Below are positions 47,355-56,253 of a stretch of 64,000 bases of DNA, in pieces; the stretch's first letter is position 1; each line of letters starts with the position of its first letter. Location of the stretch: positions 9,811 to 73,810 of IMG/VR virus record IMGVR_UViG_3300049845_000008; one strand, given 5' to 3'. Under the pieces are notes generated by a model. It was not told the DNA's origin, searched no databases, and was given only the letters and a program-made list of their open reading frames with translations. A program made the position numbers and the translations under genes. The DNA is from a virus.

Positions 47355-48968
47355 TTAGAATGATAGAACGAGCCGAATTTGCTCGGTCTGGTCTGCGTCA
47401 CGAACGATTTTCGCTCTGTTCTCAATATATAGGAGGTCGCCACTAAACAGCCCGATATCGGGTCCGGTTTCACCTAGAACAGTCGCGGTTGCGGCTGAAG
47501 TTGCGCCCGTCAGGGTCGAACCCACCGTCACATTGCCCGACAAGTTGTTTACGTACAACTCGTTGGTGGATGCGTTCCATGTAACCACGGTGCCGGTGAA
47601 GGTTGCGTCGTTAGGACCGGTTCCGATGTACACGGTTTCGTCGTTCGAATAGTTCGAAGTGCCGGGATCCGTCAGGCTCAACTTAGTGGTCGAGCGATAG
47701 ACAGAGCCGTTGGCATAGACACCATTGGCTAGCAATGGGTCACGAATTAGAGATATCTGGCGGAAGTCGAACGGAACTACGTCCGTGCCGACAGGGATGG
47801 TGTCGCTTTCGGTGCCTTCGAAGCTTACGGCTGTCATGACCGAGTAGCATCCGAGTTCCTTGATAGGGTTGGATCCATGTCCACCGGGAGGGCTGATCAT
47901 GGCTTGGAAGATGGCTGCGTTGCCGTTCGACAATTGGTTAGGGTCTACAGCCACGACATTCGCGGAAGTGTATCCGGTGCCGCCGTTCAGAATATTCAGG
48001 TCGGTGATAACACCGGAAGAGATATTCGCAGTGACCACAGCCCCTTCGCCGTCGCCCGTGACCGTGATGATCGACAGGGAGGCTGAGTTGCCCGATTCGC
48101 CATTGTCGAGGAAGTAGCCTGTGCCGCCGTCTTCGATCATGATGATATCAAGGCGTCCGTCTGTTGCGCCTGCAACCACCGAGTTGTCCTTGATGACCGG
48201 CATCCAGTTGTTTGTGAAGAACTTCTGCTTCAAGCCGTAAGGAATCGTGTACAGGTATTTCCACTTATAGCCGTCAGCCGTGAGAATGTATGGATTCTCA
48301 GGAAGCTGCCCGTCAATGTCGATGGTCGGCTCCGTGGTAGAAGGAATGCCCACGCCCGTATCGGATCCATTGTGCAGGCACTTGAAGACCTGATCCTTGG
48401 AGTTACGGCAGTAGAAGTTGTTGGCAAAGTGTGGATAGGTGTTGTCGATTCGGACGATGGTTCCGTTCAACACAGAATAGGTAAAGGCAGTGTTGACCAC
48501 CAGATGCGTCGTATTGACACCGACAACCTGCTTAGTCTCTGCGTTGAGTGTGATCGTGTTACCGACAGAGATTACGCCTGTCCATGTGGCAGTATTAGCC
48601 ACGATTAGATTGCCGGTGGCATTGGCTGTGCCAGTGACCGTCAGCTTGTCCTCATGGGAGAATAGCTCAACGTCGTCGTGGTATTCGTCATAGGTCGTTC
48701 CTGTTACCCAATCGATGCGAGGAACCACCAGTGCGGTATCGGCTGCCGCGACTCTTTTCAGTGCGATCATGTCGCGCCAGACCTGATTACGATAGTCCGT
48801 GGTGTAGCGAACATCCTCAATCTCGTTTGCGGTTTCGGTGTCGTCTGCTCCCCAACGAATAGGGCGACCAATGCAGAGGTACGTGTTCGCATAGGTAGGG
48901 AACACGTTCGCTTTGATGATTTCCACAATCTCAAACTTGAGAAGTGGAGTGATGGCTGATTTGCTCAT
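47355..48968 (-). CDS. gp8: Baseplate wedge subunit
   Basis: VVPRIDWVTGTTYD.Y, VFKCL.N, DGYKWKYLYTI, PPGGHG, DFRQISLIRDP, SGDLLYIENR. Confidence 0.9.
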   Translation of the reverse strand: MSKSAITPLLKFEIVEIIKANVFPTYANTYLCIGRPIRWGADDTETANEIEDVRYTTDYRNQVWRDMIALKRVAAADTALVVPRIDWVTGTTYDEYHDDVELFSHEDKLTVTGTANATGNLIVANTATWTGVISVGNTITLNAETKQVVGVNTTHLVVNTAFTYSVLNGTIVRIDNTYPHFANNFYCRNSKDQVFKCLHNGSDTGVGIPSTTEPTIDIDGQLPENPYILTADGYKWKYLYTIPYGLKQKFFTNNWMPVIKDNSVVAGATDGRLDIIMIEDGGTGYFLDNGESGNSASLSIITVTGDGEGAVVTANISSGVITDLNILNGGTGYTSANVVAVDPNQLSNGNAAIFQAMISPPGGHGSNPIKELGCYSVMTAVSFEGTESDTIPVGTDVVPFDFRQISLIRDPLLANGVYANGSVYRSTTKLSLTDPGTSNYSNDETVYIGTGPNDATFTGTVVTWNASTNELYVNNLSGNVTVGSTLTGATSAATATVLGETGPDIGLFSGDLLYIENRAKIVRDADQTEQIRLVLSF

Positions 48969-51900
48969 TATTCCGTTACCTTGATGATTTCATAGGTCGT
49001 TTCGGTGTAGACTGGAACCACCTGATAGACCAGACCGGTGTTCGACGTATTGGCAGTGTTATTTAGGGAGACTACATTACCGGATACGGCTGTGACCGAA
49101 TAGAGTTCGATATTTCCGACATTGATTCGAACCACATCGCCGGTCGCGATAAAATCCGAAACCGAGTTAGTGTTGCCGCTGATCTGTAGCAGGTTATTGC
49201 CACTGTTGGTGGACGCCTTGCCCTGTCCAATCATGACAAAGTTGGACTCTACGTTCAGGCTCGTCGGAGAGGTGATGAACTTGATGATCTTAGCCTGACT
49301 GCGCAGCGGCGCGATAGGATCTGCGATTAGAAGTATGTCGCCCACGGCTGCGGTCAATGTGAAGAGGCTGTTCGCGCCCGTGACCACCACGTTGTAGGAG
49401 TTGGACACCGTGACCGTCGCATTGGCATTGACATACGGAATGGTCGAGACAACCGAAACCGGTGTGATCGATTCCGTAAGCTCGGACTTGGAGATTGTAC
49501 GCCCAAGCATGACCATGCCGATTGGGTGGACGATATCCTTCATGGAATTAGAGTAATCCGACAGCGACTTCTCAGACTCAATGACGTAGGAGTAGTTGTG
49601 ATACTGCTTGCTGTCCTGTAGTTTCTTGTCCGAAGACAGGAAGCCGTCCGTGTTCAGATAGAATCCGGTAAACTTGATCAGACCGTTGTAGAACTCTGCG
49701 TATCCCTTAGCCTTGCCATTGCCGTAGAACCATGGATTGTCCAAGCCGACCGCACGGATTTCCGCAGGGTAGGAGGAAGGAGCCGGAACCTTGGCTGCCT
49801 GATCGACAAAGAATGTGACACCACCTTCGGAAGTGAATTGCAGAGACTTGTTGAAGCTGCCGAAGCTATTGCCCGAATAGTTGAACAGGCGTAGCAGGCG
49901 AGTCGAACGGTTGTAGGACTTGATGATGCCTTGGAAGGTTGCAGTCTCAAGGGTTGGTCCCTGATAGACACGCTCGCCTTCGGAAAGGGATTCTGCTTCC
50001 AGAATTCCGTCGATGATCATGTCCACAACCTTGAACGAAACGATAGGCGTATCGATGTAGTCGAATCCACGGCTGATCATGCGAACGTCCTTGACGCGCC
50101 CGATTGCACCCGTTTCGACACCCACTTCGACACCTTCTCCGAAGCCATAGGCTGAGAGTGATGCATTAGCACCACCGGAAGTGGTGACGGAAACCGACTT
50201 GGCGTTGTAGTAGCCTTCACCACGGTTGATGATGGTGGCTGCGACGATGGCACCGTTAGCCCCGACCGTGACGTTACCGGTGAATCCATAGCCCGATCCG
50301 ATGACGGTGAGTGCGTCACCGTTGGCATAGCCGGTGCCGGGGTTATCGATGTAGATGTGCGCAATCTGTCCGGTCGCAGAGAGCAACTGGCGAGAGTTTG
50401 CATAGTCCTGCGTGCCATACTCATACGCTTCTGAGAGATACGTATCGTGATAGGACTCAGTTCTGATCACAGGCGTCGAACGGAAGCCATAGCCACCGTT
50501 GAGAATATTGTAGAGAGCTACGCCACCCGTTTCGATGCGTTCGAAGTTCAGTGCTTGGCAGATCGAAGAGTTGGCATTGATCGACATTTCAATGTCATCG
50601 ACGCTGCTGACCGTGTAGTTTCGCAACGAGTTTGTGGTGGTGATGGTGTTGCCAGTGAGAATGGTCAGCGGCTTTGTGTTCTGCACGGCGTACATGACCA
50701 CCTGTGCAGGACCGCCCACCCACGCTGCGTTCGATGTGATGATCTTGCCGACGATGTTTGCAGTCTGATAAGAGCCATTAGAATCAGCGTACCAGTCTTC
50801 GTACTGATGCCACTTGGCTGAACCCGAACCGGGAGTACCTGTGATGGTGAGCAATACGTTGCGAGCGTTGGACGAGAACAGCACCCAATCGCCCGTGTTG
50901 GAGAGTACCTGAGAGGCTGCGTACTCAATCGGCATCTTATCGACAACGATGTATTCAAGGAACTTGGCGTTGGTGTTGGCTGTGTCATCGAACGTGGTGA
51001 TACCAGCCACGCGAATGTCCGTGGACAGATTAGCATTAGGATCGTCGCCCACGGAGCGATAGACAATAGCTTCTGTGTTTGAATACGTGCGGTAGCCATA
51101 GCCTCCGAAGACCACGGACAGACCTTCGATGGATCCCACGGTGACGTTGCCGACGACAGCCACGGCATCGTTAGCTTCGGCTGTGGCTGCAAGACCACCA
51201 AAGACGATGACAGGATCACCGACGTTGTAGGATAGACCTCTACGCTTCTGCTGTGGGTCTGTACGAATCTGAGAATCCACCACGATGTTCGAAATGGATC
51301 CGATGATCTTTTCGGAGAAGAGTTGCTCGACGCCGTTTTCATCGACATACGGAATCTCTAGATCTTCACCGTTTGTGAAAGAACGGAAGACGTTGGAAAC
51401 GTACATTTCCAGAATTTCGGTTCCGAACGTGCGGTCGATGGTCTTGTTAGCCGATTCGATGATACACGTAGCCTTGGAGATAGATCCGGTAGCCTTGTGC
51501 TTCTCTAGCAGGTTAACATCGATGTTCTGATTGGCTGCGGATAGCGTCAACTGAAAGGCTTGTGGCAGCTTCCACTTACCGTCCGAGGCAATGAGAATCT
51601 GCTGCTTCGGATAGTAGACGTTGATATCTTCGCCATAGAGAACGCGGAACAGCCACTTGACAGACTCTTCGGAACCCTTCTTGATGTAGAACTCGCGTGC
51701 GCCCTTGAGGATCTTGACCAGATCCAGTTCAGAGTTCTCAGGGAAGTACGGCAGGAGTTCCTGCTTGAACAGACGAATGAACGGGTCCAGAGTTTCGTCC
51801 ACATCACGATACTTACCAGAGTTCATGATGTGGTAAACGGTATTACCCTTAGTCTCGTCCTCTAGCCAAGTGTAGTAGAGTTCAAGAAAACGCTTGAACT

Positions 51901-51976
51901 GTGGATGATCTGCGCGAACGAAATCCGGCAGTTGCCGGTTGATCAACGCGGATACTGTTTTCTCTGCTGTTGCCAT
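48968..51976 (-). CDS. gp7: Baseplate wedge initiator-like protein
   Basis: QLPDFVRADHPQF..FL..YY, EFY..KGSEES..LFR.LYG, KLQDS..Y..YSYVI, HPIGM; between gp6 and gp8. Confidence 0.75.
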   Translation of the reverse strand: MATAEKTVSALINRQLPDFVRADHPQFKRFLELYYTWLEDETKGNTVYHIMNSGKYRDVDETLDPFIRLFKQELLPYFPENSELDLVKILKGAREFYIKKGSEESVKWLFRVLYGEDINVYYPKQQILIASDGKWKLPQAFQLTLSAANQNIDVNLLEKHKATGSISKATCIIESANKTIDRTFGTEILEMYVSNVFRSFTNGEDLEIPYVDENGVEQLFSEKIIGSISNIVVDSQIRTDPQQKRRGLSYNVGDPVIVFGGLAATAEANDAVAVVGNVTVGSIEGLSVVFGGYGYRTYSNTEAIVYRSVGDDPNANLSTDIRVAGITTFDDTANTNAKFLEYIVVDKMPIEYAASQVLSNTGDWVLFSSNARNVLLTITGTPGSGSAKWHQYEDWYADSNGSYQTANIVGKIITSNAAWVGGPAQVVMYAVQNTKPLTILTGNTITTTNSLRNYTVSSVDDIEMSINANSSICQALNFERIETGGVALYNILNGGYGFRSTPVIRTESYHDTYLSEAYEYGTQDYANSRQLLSATGQIAHIYIDNPGTGYANGDALTVIGSGYGFTGNVTVGANGAIVAATIINRGEGYYNAKSVSVTTSGGANASLSAYGFGEGVEVGVETGAIGRVKDVRMISRGFDYIDTPIVSFKVVDMIIDGILEAESLSEGERVYQGPTLETATFQGIIKSYNRSTRLLRLFNYSGNSFGSFNKSLQFTSEGGVTFFVDQAAKVPAPSSYPAEIRAVGLDNPWFYGNGKAKGYAEFYNGLIKFTGFYLNTDGFLSSDKKLQDSKQYHNYSYVIESEKSLSDYSNSMKDIVHPIGMVMLGRTISKSELTESITPVSVVSTIPYVNANATVTVSNSYNVVVTGANSLFTLTAAVGDILLIADPIAPLRSQAKIIKFITSPTSLNVESNFVMIGQGKASTNSGNNLLQISGNTNSVSDFIATGDVVRINVGNIELYSVTAVSGNVVSLNNTANTSNTGLVYQVVPVYTETTYEIIKVTE
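49060..49066 (-). promoter_or_regulatory. Intragenic late promoter CTAAATA for gp8
   Basis: About 90 nt upstream of the gp8 start. Confidence 0.45.
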
Positions 51977-54030
51977 TAGCTTTGTACCGCGCCTACTCTA
52001 ATGTCGATAGCAGCGGGATCCGTGCTGTCGAGTGTGAGGATTGCATTACGTGTGGTCGAGAAGACGTTCGTGTTAGGTTGCGCCTTGAAGACCATCGTTC
52101 CGAACGGATCGTTGACCGAAATTGGATTGAAGTTGTCCAGAGTCAGGTAGCCGTCGTCGTAGTAGATCGTGCCTGCGGCGTTGTTGATGACGCGCTTGAT
52201 GGAGTTGGCATCGTAGTAGAAGATTCGAAGCGTACCCTTCTTACCCTGCAATACGCAGCGAAGTTCTGCACCCGATCCGGATCCACCTTCTACGCGAGCC
52301 ACGGCTGCGGAGTAATTCGAACCAGAGTTCGTGACCACAACGCTCTTGAGCTTGCCGTTGACAATGACGGCGGATGCGGCTGCGCCTGTACCATCGCCTT
52401 CGATCACGATCTTAGGAATCTCGGTGTACTGGTCGCCGGTTGCAACCACTTCGATTGCGTCCAGTCCGGTGAAGGACTGAGGAACTTCTTCGATGAAGCC
52501 GATACGCTCAATGCCGAACTCGTCAATGATTCCGAACGATGGCTCGGAGTAGAGTCGGTCCAGAGAGGTTCCCTTCTTGAGCGGAACGTAGAAGTCGATC
52601 TTATACGTCTTAGACTGATTGAGCAGCGGACGGAAACGCTTTTCGATGACAACCTTGATGGAGTTGTTTTCGATGGAAGGATCTGCATCATCGATAGCCC
52701 GAACCAACTTGCTCATCTTGAACGTGTTGTTGAACGTGTTGAGGTAGTCGTTGGCGAAGTTAGCCACAGCACCATAGACAGCCGTTTGAATGCCGCCTGC
52801 GGTCTTTGTGGTTTTCCGTGGGTCATAGACCACATCGACCACGAAATTCATGTAGTTGTAATCCGGAGCGATGTACTCAGGCGTGACCGTCAGCACGGAG
52901 ATAGGCTTGAGGACTTCATCCTTCATGTACTGAATCTCGGACTGCGTGACTTCGTAGTTGCCGCGAGGCTTGACCGAGAAGAAGATCTTACCATAGACAG
53001 GCGGCACATTCTCTTCGCCACCCCACACCGCAACCGAGTCGAAGTATGGATAGTTCTTGTTGATCAGTGCGATGTAATCGTTCTTAGTGACAGCACGGTT
53101 CTGAGCGATGAAGCTCTTTGGTGCGGTGAACTTGATGTTGTCCGTAGTCTCTTCCAACTTGCCCGAAGACGATTCGGTGGAAAGCGCGATGGTGACAGTC
53201 GTTCCCGGCATTGGATTGTCAGAGAGGCTAAAGGTGCGAATGCCATTGGCTTCGTCGCCCGAAGTGACCACATAGGAAACGATGACGATGTTGCCGTTCT
53301 CTAGGGCTGCACCGAGAATGCCGTCACCGAAGGAAATCTGATAGCGACCGTTGCGATTCTCTTCTAGGTAATAGACAGGCGAATCGGAGGTAACGGTGGT
53401 GGAATCTTCCGCCAGTTCAAAGGTTTCGATGGAATAGTTGTCGGCACTCTTCTGAATCTGAACACTGAGCGTTGACGTATCGACACCCACATCCGGCAGA
53501 ACGAATACCTGCTTCTCGTTGGTCTGTGAGTCGTAGGTGAAGACGTAGGAGACAGGGTTGCCTTCCTTGATCTGTAGGTTTTCGAAGTTGAAGTAGCCTG
53601 CATTGTTCTTGGAAACCACACGTTGCTCGACCGTGACAAAGCTATAGGCTTTGCCGTCCTTGGGAGCAGAAGTGAACTTCGTGAACTTAGGCAAGGTCAT
53701 CGCGGAGTTGGATCCACCGACCACTTCCTGAAAGGCAACATTGATCGTAGCCTGAGAAGCCACGCGGGATCTTGGCGTATAGCCTAGCAGCTTTGCATGG
53801 CTAACCACTGACTGCCGCAGTTGTGCGGTGTCGATGAACATTTCGTTCGCCATCATGTTCATGTAGTAGCCCATGTAATGCGTGTTGTACGCAAGAACGT
53901 CGAGCAGAATCGAAAGACCAGAGCCGTCGAAGTTGTAGTCCGAGAATTCGGGCTGAGACTTGAGGAAGGTCTTTAGGTTGGACTTGATGCTTTCAAAGTC
54001 CAGTTCTGTAATCTTGAGTGGTTGAGTCAT
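51976..54030 (-). CDS. gp6: Baseplate wedge subunit
   Basis: ELDFESIKSNLKTFL, DYNFDGSGLSILLDVLAYNTHY, QNRAVT..DY, WGGEEN.PP.YGK. Confidence 0.96.
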   Translation of the reverse strand: MTQPLKITELDFESIKSNLKTFLKSQPEFSDYNFDGSGLSILLDVLAYNTHYMGYYMNMMANEMFIDTAQLRQSVVSHAKLLGYTPRSRVASQATINVAFQEVVGGSNSAMTLPKFTKFTSAPKDGKAYSFVTVEQRVVSKNNAGYFNFENLQIKEGNPVSYVFTYDSQTNEKQVFVLPDVGVDTSTLSVQIQKSADNYSIETFELAEDSTTVTSDSPVYYLEENRNGRYQISFGDGILGAALENGNIVIVSYVVTSGDEANGIRTFSLSDNPMPGTTVTIALSTESSSGKLEETTDNIKFTAPKSFIAQNRAVTKNDYIALINKNYPYFDSVAVWGGEENVPPVYGKIFFSVKPRGNYEVTQSEIQYMKDEVLKPISVLTVTPEYIAPDYNYMNFVVDVVYDPRKTTKTAGGIQTAVYGAVANFANDYLNTFNNTFKMSKLVRAIDDADPSIENNSIKVVIEKRFRPLLNQSKTYKIDFYVPLKKGTSLDRLYSEPSFGIIDEFGIERIGFIEEVPQSFTGLDAIEVVATGDQYTEIPKIVIEGDGTGAAASAVIVNGKLKSVVVTNSGSNYSAAVARVEGGSGSGAELRCVLQGKKGTLRIFYYDANSIKRVINNAAGTIYYDDGYLTLDNFNPISVNDPFGTMVFKAQPNTNVFSTTRNAILTLDSTDPAAIDIRVGAVQS

Positions 54031-54188
54031 TGTCCGATCTTCCTACTTGCTCTCTTCTGGAACGTCTTGTGACCATCTACGGTAGCCTTCTTGACGGTTT
54101 GTTCCGGCTTCTTCGTCTTAGGCAGCATTGGCTTACCCTGATACATCAACCCTTCCAACATACTGCGAAACTCTTTGAGTGTTTTCAT
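54027..54188 (-). CDS. 53-aa basic protein with a capsid-targeting-like N-terminus
   Basis: MKTLKEFRSMLEGLMYQGKPMLPKTKKPEQTVKKATVDGHKTFQKRASRKIGQ; overlaps the gp25 stop and gp6 start; not in the ORF track. Confidence 0.7.
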   Translation of the reverse strand: MKTLKEFRSMLEGLMYQGKPMLPKTKKPEQTVKKATVDGHKTFQKRASRKIGQ

Positions 54189-54580
54189 TATCGGATTCTC
54201 TCTAGGAATAGTTCAATCGTGATAGGATTAGTCTGATTCACGATAAAGAACGTAAGGGTAACTTCATACGCATTCTGATCATAGTTTGGGGCGACATTCA
54301 CACTGGTCAGATCGACTCTAGGTTCGAATCGATTCACCACGGCTTCAATCTCGTTGCCGATGGCTGATGCCGTGATACTGTCGAGCGGTTCGAATAGATG
54401 CTGTCTCAGGTTCGAAAACAGTTTAGGCTGCATAAGCCTTTCGTATTTTCCAGCCGAAAGGAGATTCTTGAGCGACTGAATGATAGCATCGTCACCGACC
54501 TTCTTAGCCAGATCACCCGTAATCGGATGGGCTGTGAAGTTCATGTCAATGTCTTTGAATTCTCGTTTGGTGACTGCCAT
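54188..54580 (-). CDS. gp25: Baseplate wedge subunit
   Basis: FKDIDMNF..HP.TGD, AIIQSLKNL....ER, LFEP, FEPRV, FLERIR. Confidence 0.93.
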   Translation of the reverse strand: MAVTKREFKDIDMNFTAHPITGDLAKKVGDDAIIQSLKNLLSAGKYERLMQPKLFSNLRQHLFEPLDSITASAIGNEIEAVVNRFEPRVDLTSVNVAPNYDQNAYEVTLTFFIVNQTNPITIELFLERIR

Positions 54581-54582
54581 GT

Positions 54583-56253
54583 TTACTCTGCTGTATCCGA
54601 TTCAATTGCTTGGATTGTCGCACTATTTAGCGTAACTGACGGAATGGCATTGCCACTCTCGTCGGTATAGGCGACCGTGAGGTTGTAAGCAATGTCGAAC
54701 GCTTCGGTCTTGCGGCGAATCTCCACAAAGTTGTTCCAGTCGGCATCCATCTGAGCCTGAATCTCTTGCCGTCTGGAACGCAGGGTAGACGCCCATTGGA
54801 GCAATCCGGCTTGCTTCTGAGCCGTCGATTGGCTGACGAATCCACCGTTGGACACCGTAATGAGCATGTCGCGGAATTCCCGCGCAAGGTTGGCTACGAG
54901 GGACGGCTTGAGCAAGGACGCAGACATGAGGGCTACGTAGTCCACGCCGTCGTCCAGATAGACCGACATGAGTTCATGCTGTTCGATGACCTTCTGTTGG
55001 CTCATTTCGGCATAGGACTTCGAAGCCTTGGCAATCTGTAGACGGGTGCCAGAGATTACGAAATTGGTATTAGAGATATTCGATGTAGCGAGAACTTCGA
55101 CATTGTTGTTTAGGAGGCGCGTCGTATAGGTGACAAACGGCTCCTGCGTATAGATGGATGTGACTTCTCTGGTAAACGCTTGATGATTGTCATGCAGAAT
55201 GTAGATTTCGGTACCCTGATGCCCACGATCCGTGAGGTCGGCTGACGCTTGAATAAAATACTTGGCTGACCGGAACTTGCGAGCGTTGAACGAGAAGATC
55301 AGGGTAGGACCGCCCGAGAAGTCATTCAGGGTGAGCAAGTCAGAGGTCGATTCGTCCGTAGGCTCGGCGTTTGGAGAGTCTTCGTCCAGTACAAGTCCGG
55401 ACAGACGATCCGTGTGATCCTTGAAGTTGTCCAACTGAGCCACGGCTGCGGATAGCCCATCATTGCCACCGATGGAGTTCTGTAGCTCCTTGTACTCAGC
55501 CGCGAGAAGAGGATCCGTAGACACACCCGATAGCTCGGTGTTCAGGTTCGCATAGTTGCCTGCGGTGTAGTAGATCAGTAGCTCTCTAGTGTCCTCAATC
55601 AGATCCGCGAGTGGGTTGTGAGAGAACGTGGTCAGTCCTGCTTGCAGACCATTGGCATTCGCAGCCGCAGTGAGTGCAAGCTGAATCATCGCATTAGAGA
55701 GATACGGAACCGTTTCGTTCTGCTGCGTTGCAAGAGGCTCTTCGGTCTGATCCTCGGCTTCCTGATCAATCTCTTCGAAGAGCGGATCAATCTCGTCCTC
55801 ATCGGAAAGGACAATGGTATCCGTAGTAACATTTGCAACGGGCGTTGCTACATTTGCTACAGTGTTCGAAGATCCAGACGCAGAACCCTCGGTGCTTATG
55901 GTAATCTGCACACTTTCGGTGCGCGGATAGAGCCGTTTAGCCATCAGCGTGACCACATCGAATTCGGTCGGCACGCGATCAGCCTTTGGCAGCACAGAGT
56001 CGTGAAGACTGACGGTGACACCGACTGACACGCCTCTGGCGATAATCTCGGCGTTGAGGTCTTGAATCTTAACCTGTAGATCTGGCTCAAGGTTCAGAAT
56101 CTCACCCGAGAGTCCATTCATTTCATCTTCGAACGGAATAACGTCAGCTTTGGTCAAGCCGCCACGCAGCATGTCCATGGTTTCGATCATGGCATACTGA
56201 GCGGTCGTGGCTTCGACGTAGGCTGTCGGTGCAGTTGTTTTCTGAGTAGACAT
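54583..56253 (-). CDS. Hypothetical acidic virion-associated protein
   Basis: Contains an FRSAKYFIQ...HQGTEIYILHD module typical of T4-like virion proteins; lies between gp5 and gp25. Confidence 0.6.
   Translation of the reverse strand: MSTQKTTAPTAYVEATTAQYAMIETMDMLRGGLTKADVIPFEDEMNGLSGEILNLEPDLQVKIQDLNAEIIARGVSVGVTVSLHDSVLPKADRVPTEFDVVTLMAKRLYPRTESVQITISTEGSASGSSNTVANVATPVANVTTDTIVLSDEDEIDPLFEEIDQEAEDQTEEPLATQQNETVPYLSNAMIQLALTAAANANGLQAGLTTFSHNPLADLIEDTRELLIYYTAGNYANLNTELSGVSTDPLLAAEYKELQNSIGGNDGLSAAVAQLDNFKDHTDRLSGLVLDEDSPNAEPTDESTSDLLTLNDFSGGPTLIFSFNARKFRSAKYFIQASADLTDRGHQGTEIYILHDNHQAFTREVTSIYTQEPFVTYTTRLLNNNVEVLATSNISNTNFVISGTRLQIAKASKSYAEMSQQKVIEQHELMSVYLDDGVDYVALMSASLLKPSLVANLAREFRDMLITVSNGGFVSQSTAQKQAGLLQWASTLRSRRQEIQAQMDADWNNFVEIRRKTEAFDIAYNLTVAYTDESGNAIPSVTLNSATIQAIESDTAE
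54624..54630 (-). promoter_or_regulatory. Late promoter CTAAATA (gp25)
   Basis: 43 nt upstream of the gp25 start. Confidence 0.55.

Noticed and set aside
51970-53304. 444-aa plus-strand ORF
   Set aside because: Antisense to the well-conserved gp6; no recognisable domain
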